Virus record (IMG/VR): IMGVR_UViG_3300023053_000001
Coordinates: 192,001-256,000 of that record
Source: a virus
Lineage: Duplodnaviria > Caudoviricetes
Length of the DNA: 64,000 nucleotides
Reading direction: 5' to 3' (one strand)
This document shows positions 55,140 to 64,000 of the stretch, one piece after another (within the stretch, counting starts at the first letter, position 1; each line of letters starts with the position of its first letter). Made by a program: the position numbers and the translations under genes. The notes below the pieces were generated by a model, which saw nothing but the letters and a program-made list of their open reading frames with translations, was not told where the DNA came from and did no database searches.

Positions 55140-56639
55140 ATGATTGTTGAACAGCTTCTCCTCATCCGCAGCGGAACCTACGATGACGTCCATGTCCGTC
55201 CTTACGTCATGGATACCAGCAACGGGAATCTGATTCCCCAGTTGCAGGAACAGACCCATTGGGGCAAGAAAACCGAAGCATCCAACCTGGCCGGTATCGC
55301 TGGCCAGATGCTGGCACCTTCGGCAGCTCCCATCGGTGTGGTCGCCATTGCAGCGGGCTGGGGTCAGGCACGCTGTCGCTTCCTGTTGCGTCTGCGCCAT
55401 GACACCATGGGCGGCGATAGTCAGATCCAGTACCTGACCGGTTACACCGATTACGACGGCATCAACGAGTTCAGCGGTTCCGTCGACGGCAAGATGCGCC
55501 TGTTCGTCAACAACACCATCACCACCCGCGTGTTCAACAAGATGGGCGCCGGCGGTACGTTGATTCCGCAGCTGCGGGTCAAGGAAGCGGCCCAGGTGTT
55601 GCAGGGCTCGGTGGTGACGGACTTCCGCAAGATGGACAATGCCATGCACACGGTTCGGCCGGAGGACATCTTCGCCCAGATCGGTGCACAGCACGAGGAC
55701 ACCTCCTTGGGTCCGGTCAACGACATGCGTTCGGCATTCCACACCTCGCCGCTGCGTCTGTCGCGCCGTATCAATGGTTCGGCCTCGGACTACATGTCCA
55801 CGATCCTGTCCACCTACCGTACGTCCCTGCGTTCGCAGGACAATGCGGTGCAGGACTGGGCCGGTCTGGCCAACCAGATGAGCGGTGTAGTGCGTGAAGC
55901 CACTCCGATGTCCGATCCGTTCCTGGGCGAGATGATTCGCATGGGAACCTCGCTGTCGGAAGGCAGTTCGTTCACGTACAACGAGCTGGGCCAGTTCGCC
56001 AAGTTCCTGCACGAGAACACCAAGATCGTCGGCATGGATGTCCAGGAACGCAACCAGCTGCCGACGCGTTCGCTGGGCGATCAGGCACATGTGGGCAACC
56101 CGTGGGCCAGTCAGCATTGGGAACCGCAGATTGCTACCATCGCCATGCATGCCATCGCGGCGAACATGGCGGATCTGATGCTGACCTCGGTGACCTTCCA
56201 GTTGACCAACCGCGTCATCGGCGGACAGCCGCGGATGGACATCACTGGTGCAATGGGCTTCGTTCACGGCATCCCCCTGACGGACTTCCTCACCACGCTG
56301 CAGCAGCGTACGCTGGCCAGCGTCTATCGTGACCTGACCCGCAACGGCATGGTGGACGTGGAAGTGGGCGGCACCATCAACCTGATGGGCAACTCGCACC
56401 TGATCGTGAAGTATCAGGAACGTCCGCCGGTGGTGTTTGACACCCCGACCTTCGCCGATGCGATCAATGCACCGGTGGTGGCCTACAGTCAGCAGAACGT
56501 CAACAACCTGGCCATGGAATTCGACACGCTCGCCAACGCGCTGTCGATGGATCTGAGTGTTGAGGCATACCAACCCGAGCCGCAAATCGCAATGGGCCCC
56601 ATCGGCGGCGGTGGCGGTTACAGCGGTCCGGCAATCTGA
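55140..56639 (+). CDS. picA: PicA/Imp1 nuclear import factor (phiKZ gp69-like)
   Basis: 499 aa; GTYDDVHVRPY, GWGQARCRFLL, YLTGYTDY, VRPEDIF motifs; position after the gp68-like gene. Confidence 0.8.
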   Translation: MIVEQLLLIRSGTYDDVHVRPYVMDTSNGNLIPQLQEQTHWGKKTEASNLAGIAGQMLAPSAAPIGVVAIAAGWGQARCRFLLRLRHDTMGGDSQIQYLTGYTDYDGINEFSGSVDGKMRLFVNNTITTRVFNKMGAGGTLIPQLRVKEAAQVLQGSVVTDFRKMDNAMHTVRPEDIFAQIGAQHEDTSLGPVNDMRSAFHTSPLRLSRRINGSASDYMSTILSTYRTSLRSQDNAVQDWAGLANQMSGVVREATPMSDPFLGEMIRMGTSLSEGSSFTYNELGQFAKFLHENTKIVGMDVQERNQLPTRSLGDQAHVGNPWASQHWEPQIATIAMHAIAANMADLMLTSVTFQLTNRVIGGQPRMDITGAMGFVHGIPLTDFLTTLQQRTLASVYRDLTRNGMVDVEVGGTINLMGNSHLIVKYQERPPVVFDTPTFADAINAPVVAYSQQNVNNLAMEFDTLANALSMDLSVEAYQPEPQIAMGPIGGGGGYSGPAI

Positions 56640-56660
56640 TCCACAACGAGGAAACCAATC

Positions 56661-58226
56661 GTGATTATCGAAAATCTCTACCGACCGGTGCTGAAGTCGG
56701 TCAATGCCATCGCCGATGAAACCGGCCTGCTGAGCTGGCAGGAATCGGATCAGCCCGGTCGTCCGCTGGTCATCGACGATCGTCGCATGGCGCTGCCGAT
56801 CGATGCGCAGATGGGTCGTCCGAACCCGGCGGTCATCCTGTTCCATCCGCTCAGCGAAGGCACTCACCGTGGCGAGTCCAAGGTGCTGCAGAAGCTGATG
56901 GGTCTGATCCGCCTGCGCGTGTGCGGTTCGCTCATCAAGCTGATGGAGTACATGACCCAGCTGTGCGCCGACCACGACACCAACCGCAAGCTCTCGCCGG
57001 AAGCCAGCCTGATGCTGGCGTGCCTGCCGGACGCTGACGCGCGGACCGTGGAAGACATGGGCAAGATCATCGACATCTGCCTGACCAACCCGGACAAGCT
57101 GCTGAAGATCTACCTCAAGCGCGGTGGCGAATACCACGGCAAGCGCATGAGCCGCGTCGGCGTGGTCAGCTTCCCGTTGTGGAACGAGTTCGAGAACGAT
57201 GAGCGTTCGGTGTTCGGCGTGTCGTTGCGCAAGAAGGACTACATCGGCTTCAAGAAGCTGCTGGAGTTCATCCTGCCCAAGATCGACGAAAACGAAGGCT
57301 ACAACTCCGGCTCGATGTCCATGACCGCGCCGTACCTGGACGCGCTGTTGCAGTCCTACCTGAAGGTGGCTCGCGACATCAACCAGGCGGCCAAGGCCAT
57401 CCTGAAGCAGCTGGCCCATCCGGACGAAGTGCTGATCGACATCGACTGGGAAGAAGACGCGCGCGATCTGGCGATCTACCGCGACGACCTGCCCTCGATG
57501 GAAGACAACATGGGCGCCGATGTGCGTGGCAGCGCCGAAGGAACTGCCGCGGCAGTGCAGGCCGTGACGGCCGGTGCCAGTGCCATGTTCCCGAAGAAGC
57601 TGGGTTCGGCTGCTGACAGCCTGCTGGCCGATCATGCCCCGACCAAGACGGTGGCAGCGCCGGAGCACCACGGGCACAAGGACGAACGTCCGCTGCAGGC
57701 GCACAACCCCGAACCGGTGGCTGAAACCGGTGTGCGTTCGGTGACTGAAGTGATGGCCCGTCGTCGTGCTGAAGAAGAAGCGCGTCAGCGTGCGCTGTCC
57801 GGCTACCCGCCGGCAGGTCACGTGGTTCCGACCCATCATGGCCATGTGGCACACCACGGTCACGTGGCGCACCACCAGCCGGTTCCGGCCGCGCCGGGTG
57901 AGTACGCAGGGTATCACCGTGGCGTGCCGGTGCAGCCGATGCATGCTGGCTATGGCTACAACGCTGGTTACGGTACCGCTCCGGGCCCGGGCTATCCGGC
58001 GCCGGGTTACCAGACTGCAGTGGTTGATCCCAATGCGGTCGGTGCAGCCAACGCCTACGGCGGCCACGTGGTTGCGGCACCGGCGTACAACCCGTACGGG
58101 CAGCCGGGTCAGCCGGTGAACCCCTACGCGGCCTACAGCGGCGGTGTGGTTCCGGTGCAGGGTGGCTATCCGGCCTACCCGTCTCCGGGCATGGGTTACG
58201 GCGGCGGCTACCCCAGCGCGGTGTAA
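56661..58226 (+). CDS. phiKZ gp70-like protein with long P/G/Y/H-rich low-complexity C-terminus
   Basis: GAGG RBS, GTG start; FHPLSEG..RGES motif; position after picA. Confidence 0.75.
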   Translation: MIIENLYRPVLKSVNAIADETGLLSWQESDQPGRPLVIDDRRMALPIDAQMGRPNPAVILFHPLSEGTHRGESKVLQKLMGLIRLRVCGSLIKLMEYMTQLCADHDTNRKLSPEASLMLACLPDADARTVEDMGKIIDICLTNPDKLLKIYLKRGGEYHGKRMSRVGVVSFPLWNEFENDERSVFGVSLRKKDYIGFKKLLEFILPKIDENEGYNSGSMSMTAPYLDALLQSYLKVARDINQAAKAILKQLAHPDEVLIDIDWEEDARDLAIYRDDLPSMEDNMGADVRGSAEGTAAAVQAVTAGASAMFPKKLGSAADSLLADHAPTKTVAAPEHHGHKDERPLQAHNPEPVAETGVRSVTEVMARRRAEEEARQRALSGYPPAGHVVPTHHGHVAHHGHVAHHQPVPAAPGEYAGYHRGVPVQPMHAGYGYNAGYGTAPGPGYPAPGYQTAVVDPNAVGAANAYGGHVVAAPAYNPYGQPGQPVNPYAAYSGGVVPVQGGYPAYPSPGMGYGGGYPSAV

Positions 58227-58266
58227 GCGGCATAAAGGCGAGGGCCCCCAGCGGGGCCCTCGTTCT
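58227..58266. terminator. bidirectional terminator with TATGCCG on the minus strand
   Basis: GCGAGGGCCCC/GGGGCCCTCGT stem between convergent genes. Confidence 0.75.
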
Positions 58267-58269
58267 TGA

Positions 58270-58611
58270 CTACTTGATTTTTTGCATCGTTGTGCGGTGG
58301 ATGTTGGTCAGCATCTCCACCATGTTGAAGTTCGGAATCACCAGCTGCATTTTCTCCAGTCGGTAATCCTCCGGGCTATTGAACCCGTTCATTCGCATGA
58401 TGATCCAGTGGTACTGAGGTGCAAACTTCTCCTCTACCAACAGACCCATCAGATCACCTTCGTACCGCAAGGCGTTGTAAGGGGCGATGTTGCGAACCGT
58501 GTTGTCCGGCCGCGCCAGCAGGATGGGCAGATGACATTCGATCATCGTCCGCCACGATTCGCTGTAATAGATCGAATCCCCCTCATCGGGAATTCGTTTG
58601 GCCAAGGTCAT
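58270..58611 (-). CDS. small conserved protein (113 aa), LysM/T4 gp53-like pattern
   Basis: YEGDLMGLL..HWIIMRMNGFNSPEDY..LVIP; ATG 58611 preferred; fold is an inference. Confidence 0.6.
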   Translation of the reverse strand: MTLAKRIPDEGDSIYYSESWRTMIECHLPILLARPDNTVRNIAPYNALRYEGDLMGLLVEEKFAPQYHWIIMRMNGFNSPEDYRLEKMQLVIPNFNMVEMLTNIHRTTMQKIK

Positions 58612-58646
58612 GGTCACGAGCAGCCTCGCAGTAAACTTGTTTGAAA

Positions 58647-58664
58647 CACATACTATCAATTAGT
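58647..58664 (+). promoter_or_regulatory. putative early-type promoter motif upstream of the RNAP beta gene
   Basis: CACATACTATCAATTAGT(GAGCC). Confidence 0.65.
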
Positions 58665-58687
58665 GAGCCTACATCCGCTCACTTTGT

Positions 58688-60781
58688 TTGAATAGCACAG
58701 CCGGGAATTACATGAACACTAACAACCAACTTCGTCCCGAAGTGTTGGCAATGGCGGCACTGCAACCTTTCCCTGGGAAGGTAGCCAACTCCCGTATGCA
58801 GATGATGGGGTCCCACGTCAGTCAGGCGCTGGTGATCAAGGGGGCGACGACCCGCCGGATTCTGACGGGCGTCGAGCGTGAGTTCGGCCGCTTCACGTTC
58901 AGCGTGAAGATGCCGGTCAATGCAGAGATTCTGCGCGTCATCCCGAAGTACCGCCCTAGTGTGGGCCGCAATGCAATCCGTGAGAACCCCTTGGATGTGG
59001 TGGTTTACATGGACATGGAAACTGGTGAGTTGGGCGTGCTGCAAATCCCATCTTTCAGTGCACGTCACCAGCACTTCGGCTTCCGTTACAAGGACCGTGC
59101 GATCCGCCGGATGTTGCACGAGCCGGGCATTGCCATCGAAGCAGGTACGATCATTGCCGACTCGCCCAACGTGGATGAGCTGGGCAACTATCGTATCGGC
59201 ATTGAAACCAATGTCCTGTTCGCCTCGATGCCGGGCATCATTGAAGACGGCGTCATCGTCTCTGATGAATACGTCGAACGACTGACGGCCACGGGCTTTG
59301 AAACCCGCACCGCCAGCTTCGGCGCCAAGATGTTCCCGCTCAACCTGTACGGTGATGAGACCGAGTACAAGCCGTTCCCGGACATCGGGTCGGTCGTGCG
59401 CGATGACGGTCTGCTCTTTGCCATGCGTCACTACGATCCGCTGATGGCGGCTATCGACATGACGCCTGAAGCACTGCGACAGGTGAACTACAGTTTCGAT
59501 CAGCGCGTCTATGCTGAACCCGGTGCCAAGGTGGTGGACGTCAACGTCCGTTACGGTGCGCGTCCGGGTAAGTCCACCATTCCGGTGGCCATGGAAGCCC
59601 AGGCCAAGCGTTACTACGAGCTGACCCTGAACTTCTACGAAGCGCTGATGGCGGAGTACACCAAGCAGCGCAAGCTGACGGGTAAAGATCCGCGCATCAC
59701 TCCCGAGTTCCATCGCCTGTTGGTGGAGGGCCTGATCTATCGCCCCGATCCGAATCGTTCGCGCGCTACGCTGATCTACAAGCTGCAGCCGCTGGACGAA
59801 TGGCGTGTGGATGTCACCTTCGAGTATCCGGTCAAGCCGGTAGTCGGGTCCAAGCTGACCGGCTTCTCTGGCGATAAGGGCGTGATCTGTCAGATCCGTC
59901 CCAAGGCGGACATGCCGGTGGACCAGGAAGGTAACGTGGCCGATGCAGTGATGGACGGTGACTCGACGATCAAGCGCATGAACACCTCGCGCATGTACGA
60001 ACAGTACCTGAACATCACCAGTCGCACGGTGACCAACTACATCCGCAACATGGCGCCCAAGACCGAGGCGCAGTACAAGGCGGCGTGGGATTACGTGCTG
60101 GGCTACTACGAGATCGTCAGCCCGCGCTTTGCAGTGATCCTGCGCACCGAGTACGACCTGGGCCCGCGCTTCCACATCGACGCCATCATCAGGGACGGGA
60201 TCTACCTGTGGTATCCGACGGACAATCCGGTGTACGCACCGGACATGATCCGTCAACTGCAGGCCAAGTACCCGGTCCTGCATGCACCGGTGACCTACCG
60301 CGGCATGTCGGGCAAGATGCGTACCACCAAGAAGCCGATGTTCATCGGCAGCATCTACGTGATGCTGTTGGAGAAAACGGGTGTGGACTGCTCGGGTGTG
60401 GCCTCGGCCAAGCTCAACCACTTCGGCCTGACTGCCAAACTGACCAACGCAGACAAGTATTCCTCCCCGCGTCGTCCGCAGCCGGTTCGCGGCGTGGGTG
60501 AATCGGAAGGTCGTCTGCTGGTGGCAACGATCGGTTCGGACATGACCGCTGAGATTCTGGAAATGTCCTGCTCCCCGCAGACCCACAAGAACGTGGTGCG
60601 CAACATCCTGCGTGCGGAGAAGCCGACCGACATCGATGCGGTGGTCGATCGTACTGTGGCCCCGCGTGGCCATAACCGCAGTCTCATCTACATCAAGCAC
60701 TCGCTGCAGTGCATGGGTGTGGAGTTCCACGTTACCCCGGCAGACGATGCCGAACCTGTCATCTACCCGGAGAAGTCGTAA
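58688..60781 (+). CDS. non-virion RNA polymerase beta C-terminal subunit (phiKZ gp71/73-like), uninterrupted
   Basis: SRMQMMGSH, IIEDG, GSKLTGFSGDKGVI, RGVGESE motifs; true start probably the ATG near 58712. Confidence 0.93.
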   Translation: MNSTAGNYMNTNNQLRPEVLAMAALQPFPGKVANSRMQMMGSHVSQALVIKGATTRRILTGVEREFGRFTFSVKMPVNAEILRVIPKYRPSVGRNAIRENPLDVVVYMDMETGELGVLQIPSFSARHQHFGFRYKDRAIRRMLHEPGIAIEAGTIIADSPNVDELGNYRIGIETNVLFASMPGIIEDGVIVSDEYVERLTATGFETRTASFGAKMFPLNLYGDETEYKPFPDIGSVVRDDGLLFAMRHYDPLMAAIDMTPEALRQVNYSFDQRVYAEPGAKVVDVNVRYGARPGKSTIPVAMEAQAKRYYELTLNFYEALMAEYTKQRKLTGKDPRITPEFHRLLVEGLIYRPDPNRSRATLIYKLQPLDEWRVDVTFEYPVKPVVGSKLTGFSGDKGVICQIRPKADMPVDQEGNVADAVMDGDSTIKRMNTSRMYEQYLNITSRTVTNYIRNMAPKTEAQYKAAWDYVLGYYEIVSPRFAVILRTEYDLGPRFHIDAIIRDGIYLWYPTDNPVYAPDMIRQLQAKYPVLHAPVTYRGMSGKMRTTKKPMFIGSIYVMLLEKTGVDCSGVASAKLNHFGLTAKLTNADKYSSPRRPQPVRGVGESEGRLLVATIGSDMTAEILEMSCSPQTHKNVVRNILRAEKPTDIDAVVDRTVAPRGHNRSLIYIKHSLQCMGVEFHVTPADDAEPVIYPEKS

Positions 60782-62730
60782 TGCTGAGGTTGCATGCCCG
60801 TGAACTTGCGGCCATGACTGACGAACAGCGCTGGGCACTGGATGTAGGTCAGCCTCCACAGGCACCGATGGAAGTGATGTTTGACGATGGGGTGTTGCTC
60901 ACCACCATCCGCAAGAGCATCTACTCCTCGTACATGTGGGACTCCTACATCCACTACCCCAATGGTCCTGCGCTGCAACGTCATCACATTGGTAACGCAC
61001 GCTTGGGAATGGATACCCACCTGGAGCTGATGAATCGGGTGCTCTGGGATACCTTCGACGCCTATCGCGGCGTGTTGGATCTGGAACTGATGTGCCGGCA
61101 GATCTATCAGGCCATCAACCGTTTGTACAACGTGCTGACGTACAACTTGGAGGAGTACATCACCTCCATTTCGATCCTGGACTTCATCGGCGTCTCTGAA
61201 CATCCCAAGATCAAGGAGATCGTCGCCAACACCGAACCCACCAGCTTCTCGGTGGAGAACTACTGCTATCCCAAGGCCAAGGACGTCATTCTCAATGACT
61301 CCAGCCTGAACGATAATGCCGTAGCCATCGTGGCCCGCAATGGCCTGGTGTCGATGGGTCAGGTGTTGCAGACCTGTGTGGTCCGTGGTGCGGTGGCGGA
61401 CATCGATGAGCGGATCTTCCGCCATCCGATCATGTCCAACTTCACCTCTGGTCTGGATCAGTTCCACGACTCGCTCACCGAGTCGCGCTCGGCGGCCAAG
61501 GCGCTCAGCTTCACCCAAGAGCCGCTGCAGGAAGTGGAGTATTTCAACCGCAAGATGCAGCTGATGGCAGGCGTGGTGATGCGTTTGCATCGCGGCGACT
61601 GTGGCAGCAAGCATTACATCCGTTGGCACGTGCACTCCGGCGATCTGGCCAAGCTGGCCGGTCACTACTACGAGGGCGAAGATGGCACGCTGCACGTCAT
61701 CAGTACCTCGGACAAGCACCTGATCGGCAAGACCATCATGAAGCGCTCCACGCTTCTGTGCGTCCATCCGGACCCGCAGGGTGTCTGTGCTGCGTGTATG
61801 GGTCAGTTGAGCCTCAGCGTGCCGCTGGGGGACAATCCGGGCCACTTCTCCGCTACGGCGATGGGTGAGCAGGCTGCGCAGCGCGTGCTGTCCACCAAGC
61901 ATCTGGATGGTAACTCTTCGGCCACCGGTAAGGAGCTGACCAGCTACGAGCAGAAGTTCCTCCGTACCGAGGAGGACACCAACATCCTGAAGGTCTCTCG
62001 AGATCTGATGGGCAAAAAGGTACTGCTCACGCTCAACGGTAAGGAAGCCGAACAGCTCTCGGACGTGACGTATGTGGAACGGGTCACCGATCTGCAGACC
62101 GGTCAGATCACCTCGCTCACCGAGGTGCTGTTCACCACGCTCCATGACAACGGTAACAACGAGCGTTCCAACATCACGGTGAATGTGGGCTCCCGTCACC
62201 CCAGCCTGACCCACGAGGCATTGGCCTACGTCAAGGAAAAGAGCTGGTCGCTGGATGCCAACGGTAACGTGGTGATCGACCTGACGGACTGGAACAACGA
62301 CCATCCGTTGTTCGAGCTGCCGTTGCGACATGTCAACATGCTGGATTCTATGAAGAGTATCGAGCGCTTTATGCGCGCCTCGGCTTCTTCGAGCGACTCC
62401 GGCAGCGGTCCGACGTTGCGTGATTACAACACGATGGAAGAAGCACTGCGGGCGTTCTACGAGCTGGTCACCTCGATGCTGTCGGTCAACATGGCACATC
62501 TGGAGATCCTGCTCAAGTCGCTCACGATCCGCAGTGAGGAACATCGTGACTACCGCCTGCCGCGTGTGGGCAATGCGTTCGTGGTGGGTGCGTTCGATAC
62601 CATCATCGAGAATCGTAGCCTCTCGGCTGCGATGGCCTACGAGAAGCATCGTCAGGTGCTCACCTCCACGACCACGCTGCTCAACAAGCACCGGCCGGAT
62701 CATCCGTTGGACGCCCTGATGGTGGGCTAA
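60781..62730 (+). CDS. non-virion RNA polymerase beta-prime C-terminal subunit (phiKZ gp74-like)
   Basis: TAATG overlap; bridge helix ESRSAAKAL, Zn site DCGS..C.HPDPQGVC..C, trigger loop GEQAAQRVLSTKH. Confidence 0.92.
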   Translation: MLRLHARELAAMTDEQRWALDVGQPPQAPMEVMFDDGVLLTTIRKSIYSSYMWDSYIHYPNGPALQRHHIGNARLGMDTHLELMNRVLWDTFDAYRGVLDLELMCRQIYQAINRLYNVLTYNLEEYITSISILDFIGVSEHPKIKEIVANTEPTSFSVENYCYPKAKDVILNDSSLNDNAVAIVARNGLVSMGQVLQTCVVRGAVADIDERIFRHPIMSNFTSGLDQFHDSLTESRSAAKALSFTQEPLQEVEYFNRKMQLMAGVVMRLHRGDCGSKHYIRWHVHSGDLAKLAGHYYEGEDGTLHVISTSDKHLIGKTIMKRSTLLCVHPDPQGVCAACMGQLSLSVPLGDNPGHFSATAMGEQAAQRVLSTKHLDGNSSATGKELTSYEQKFLRTEEDTNILKVSRDLMGKKVLLTLNGKEAEQLSDVTYVERVTDLQTGQITSLTEVLFTTLHDNGNNERSNITVNVGSRHPSLTHEALAYVKEKSWSLDANGNVVIDLTDWNNDHPLFELPLRHVNMLDSMKSIERFMRASASSSDSGSGPTLRDYNTMEEALRAFYELVTSMLSVNMAHLEILLKSLTIRSEEHRDYRLPRVGNAFVVGAFDTIIENRSLSAAMAYEKHRQVLTSTTTLLNKHRPDHPLDALMVG

Positions 62731-62743
62731 AACGGATGGCATG

Positions 62744-62790
62744 GTACTGGGGCTCCGCAAGGGGCCCCAGCACTTGCGCTTTTCGTTTTA
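62744..62790 (+). terminator. intrinsic terminator
   Basis: GTACTGGGGCTCC-GCAA-GGGGCCCCAGCAC then a T-rich run. Confidence 0.7.
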
Positions 62791-62806
62791 GCCATGGGAG
62801 ATTAAG

Positions 62807-64000
62807 ATGACGGACATGTCCCGTCCCAATGCCCGTTTTGATCTGTACTCCCACTTCATCAAGATTACTGATTTTAGCCCGATGGTTAAGATCGCCTTGC
62901 AGGAGTATAGCTACCGCCTCACCCAGTGGGGTACGGAGCGACGAGGTCAGGTCAACGTTCGTGTCGAGAAGTGCGTCTACCGGGCCATGACCCAAGACGA
63001 AACTGAAATGCGTCTGCACATCAATCAGCTGGAAGATGTGCTACGTCATCTGGAGTCGTACGGTATCTTGCGTCAATCCATTGCGATGGTGCGGCATGAG
63101 ATGTACGAGCCAGTGAAGGCTACCTTCAAATTCAAATCGCCCAAGGAACCCCGTGACCATCAGCCGATGATCATTGGATACCTGACTGCGCCTCCCGTGG
63201 AGGGTTACGCACCTTCCAAGGTGGTGACGCTGCAGACAGGTAAGGGTAAGGGCTTTGTCACGTTCAAGTCCTTGGTGGAAATCGGTCAACGCACACTGCT
63301 GACCGTCAAGGGCATGTACGCGGTTAAATGGGAAGAGGAATACGATGAGATGTACGAGCGAGAGGACGGCGACGTCCTGATCGTGGATGGCAGTGACAAG
63401 CTCCGTAAGCTCATTCAGTGGGCGCGCGAGGGAAGTGTCAAGGCCAAGTTCATCATCATCACCCTCGGCACCATGCGCATGTTCATGCAGACCTACGAGG
63501 TCTACAACGGCAACATGGATGTCTACGGCTGTACGCCAGAAGAGCTGTGGGAGATGTTGGGGATCGGTGTGCACCTCACTGACGAGGCGCACATGGAGCA
63601 CCACTGCATCTACCGCATCGACCTCTTCAGTCACGTCCCGCTGTCGATCTTCCTGTCGGCAACGCTGGAATCTGACGACCAGTTCATGAACCAGATGTAC
63701 GAGACCCAGTGGCCCAAACCCACCCGGTCTCCGAAGGTGCCACACCACAAGTACATCAAGGTGTACAACATCTGGTACTCGGTCGACAACATGAAGGGCA
63801 TTCGCTACAAGAACTTCATGAAACAGTACAACCACCCGCTGTATGAGCAGTCGATCATGAAGCGACCGCAAATGCTGGACAACTACTATGAGATGAATAA
63901 GAGCATCATGAACACGCTCTACTTCAACGATCGGAAAGTTGGCCAGAAGGCGCTGGTGTTCTGCGCAACCAAGGAAATGTGTACTGATTTCCGTGATCGC
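62807..64000 (+). CDS. SF2 DEAH-box helicase (phiKZ gp75-like), truncated by the window end
   Basis: Read by hand (absent from the ORF track because it has no stop): GGGAG RBS, TLQTGKGKG, LTDEAH, LSATL, KALVFCAT. Confidence 0.88.
   Translation, partial: MTDMSRPNARFDLYSHFIKITDFSPMVKIALQEYSYRLTQWGTERRGQVNVRVEKCVYRAMTQDETEMRLHINQLEDVLRHLESYGILRQSIAMVRHEMYEPVKATFKFKSPKEPRDHQPMIIGYLTAPPVEGYAPSKVVTLQTGKGKGFVTFKSLVEIGQRTLLTVKGMYAVKWEEEYDEMYEREDGDVLIVDGSDKLRKLIQWAREGSVKAKFIIITLGTMRMFMQTYEVYNGNMDVYGCTPEELWEMLGIGVHLTDEAHMEHHCIYRIDLFSHVPLSIFLSATLESDDQFMNQMYETQWPKPTRSPKVPHHKYIKVYNIWYSVDNMKGIRYKNFMKQYNHPLYEQSIMKRPQMLDNYYEMNKSIMNTLYFNDRKVGQKALVFCATKEMCTDFRDR

Noticed and set aside
58688-58740. Apparent one-base frame discrepancy near the start of the RNAP beta gene
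   Set aside because: The printed row appears to hold one more base than the ORF-track translation implies. Treated as a reading or formatting artefact upstream of the likely ATG, not a programmed frameshift.
1-64000. tRNA, rRNA, CRISPR array, integrase/transposase, intein, group I intron
   Set aside because: All intergenic gaps over 100 nt were read: no cloverleaf, no regularly spaced repeats. No splicing or homing-endonuclease motifs were found in terminase, polymerases or helicase.
1-64000. Stop-codon reassignment
   Set aside because: TAA, TGA and TAG all end genes, and core genes are full length under the standard code.

Overview
This window is part of a GC-rich, phiKZ-like nucleus-forming jumbo phage (Chimalliviridae). 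Recognisable core genes, in the usual synteny, are: tail tube and sheath, three virion proteins, terminase large subunit, PhuZ tubulin, the gp50-type half of the split family-B DNA polymerase, chimallin (ChmA), an SbcD/Mre11-like nuclease, ChmC, PicA/Imp1, four subunits of the non-virion RNA polymerase (gp55-, gp68-, gp71/73- and gp74-like) and a DEAH helicase cut off by the window end. Accessory regions of short, mostly unknown genes lie at 1-6.5 kb, 17.4-30.7 kb and 33.3-39.5 kb. The most notable patterns read directly from the sequence are: (1) a tandem array of about ten small genes between phuZ and the DNA polymerase that appear to be deeply diverged paralogs; (2) three further hidden paralog families; (3) a recurrent GC-rich hairpin plus TATGCCG module at gene boundaries; (4) an 18-bp promoter-like motif upstream of chimallin, RNAP subunits, the phuZ operon and an HU-like gene. 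No tRNA, rRNA, CRISPR array, integrase, intron or intein was seen. phiKZ gp-number assignments rest on recalled motifs, sizes and synteny; no database search was run.
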